Source: Macrostomum hystrix
Taxonomy: Eukaryota > Animalia > Platyhelminthes
Direction: 5' to 3'
Length of the DNA: 64,000 nt
NCBI GenBank assembly: GCA_950097015.1
Contig: CATNEN010000038.1
Location: 7,316,001-7,380,000 of the forward strand
Shown here: positions 63,601 to 64,000 of the stretch, piece by piece
Layout of the letters: the number at the start of each line of letters is the position of its first letter
Numbering within the stretch: the stretch's first letter is position 1
Program-made: the position numbers and the translations under genes
The notes under the pieces: generated by a model
The model's database searches: none
The model's input: only the letters and a program-made list of their open reading frames with translations
What the model was told of the DNA's origin: nothing

Positions 63601-64000
63601 TAACTTCTCATGCCATCTCTCTCTACTTCTCATGCCATCTCTCTACTTCTCATGCCATCTCTCTCTACTTCTCATGCCATCTCTCTCTACTTCTCATGCC
63701 ATCTCTCTCTACTTCTCATGCCATCTCCCTCTACTTCTCATGCCATCTCTCTCTACTTCTCATGCCCTCTCTCTCTACTTCTCATGCCATCTCTCTCTAC
63801 TTCTCATGCCATCTCTCTCTACTTCTCATGCCATCTCTCTCTACTTCTCATGCCATCTCGGTCGTCTTTACTAATTTACTTCCGGCACCGTTGTCTACTT
63901 CTAAGACCACGTGATTATGCTCGATGTTCATCTATAATCGGGCAGTCAAAATATTGAAGGCCAGCTAAACTTACCTCAATCTTATACGAGCTGCCCTGCT
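57657..64000 (-). CDS. Anosmin-1 (KAL1)-like FN3-repeat protein, 3' part; exons 63975-64000+, 59867-60265, 58803-59034, 58300-58553, 57657-57995
   Basis: GSSYKIE-VRAISIWG, FTIDRLQFNCRYSILI, FSTPRC...PPC, PGEPTNI...ISW...YSVEWG and LIIRRLTPATLYIVKL match the anosmin FN3 series; hydrophobic C-terminal tail; phases consistent. Confidence 0.8.
58028..58292. repeat. 21-bp minisatellite (GTCTAACAGGTGATCCCTAAA)n filling intron
   Basis: ~12 copies. Confidence 0.94.
58672..58790 (+). mobile_element. SINE family B internally deleted fragment
   Basis: GCAATTTACGCCCTTGAGGGCCA and GGAGTCAGCGAAAT..CCTCGCTGGCTGCGGGTC blocks. Confidence 0.7.
59097..59676. repeat. Near-perfect 26-bp minisatellite (GTACATTGCACAGTACATTAGTCAGT)n
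   Basis: ~22 nearly identical copies. Confidence 0.97.
60423..62020. repeat. 22-bp minisatellite (CTATCTACTTCTCAACCCGTCT)n
   Basis: Direct periodicity. Confidence 0.96.
62560..63859. repeat. 20-22-bp minisatellite (CTACTTCTCATGCCATCTCTCT)n
   Basis: Direct periodicity; shares the CTACTTCTCA core with the preceding array. Confidence 0.96.

Noticed and set aside
11067-63859. CRISPR-like arrays
   Set aside because: All arrays are head-to-tail repeats with no unique spacers; eukaryotic context and no cas genes.

Overview
Eukaryotic (animal) genomic DNA. GC-rich spliced exons sit among AT-rich spacers and many minisatellites; this style suggests a free-living flatworm such as Macrostomum (inference only). 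Genes reconstructed from GT-AG splice sites: a STE/MEKK-like kinase, an orphan three-ORF locus, a Ly6/three-finger-like protein, a tetraspanin, septin 7, Pin1, an AK5-like adenylate kinase with an IQ motif, a small Cys-rich protein, a STRA6-like multipass membrane protein and the 3' part of an anosmin-1-like FN3 gene. The best hidden feature, largely missed by the ORF track (only exon 1 appears there), is a two-exon neuropeptide prohormone (minus strand, 44227-45506). It has a signal peptide and five FA(D/N)(Y/F) tetrapeptides separated by KR/RKR sites. Mobile DNA: a spliced Crypton tyrosine-recombinase element, Tc1/IS630, Ty3/gypsy, piggyBac and RTE remnants, hAT-type non-autonomous elements (one only 44 bp) and two tRNA-derived SINE families. 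About half of the introns are filled by a private minisatellite, and most long ORFs in the supplied track are repeat artefacts. All calls are by eye; no database search or folding was run.
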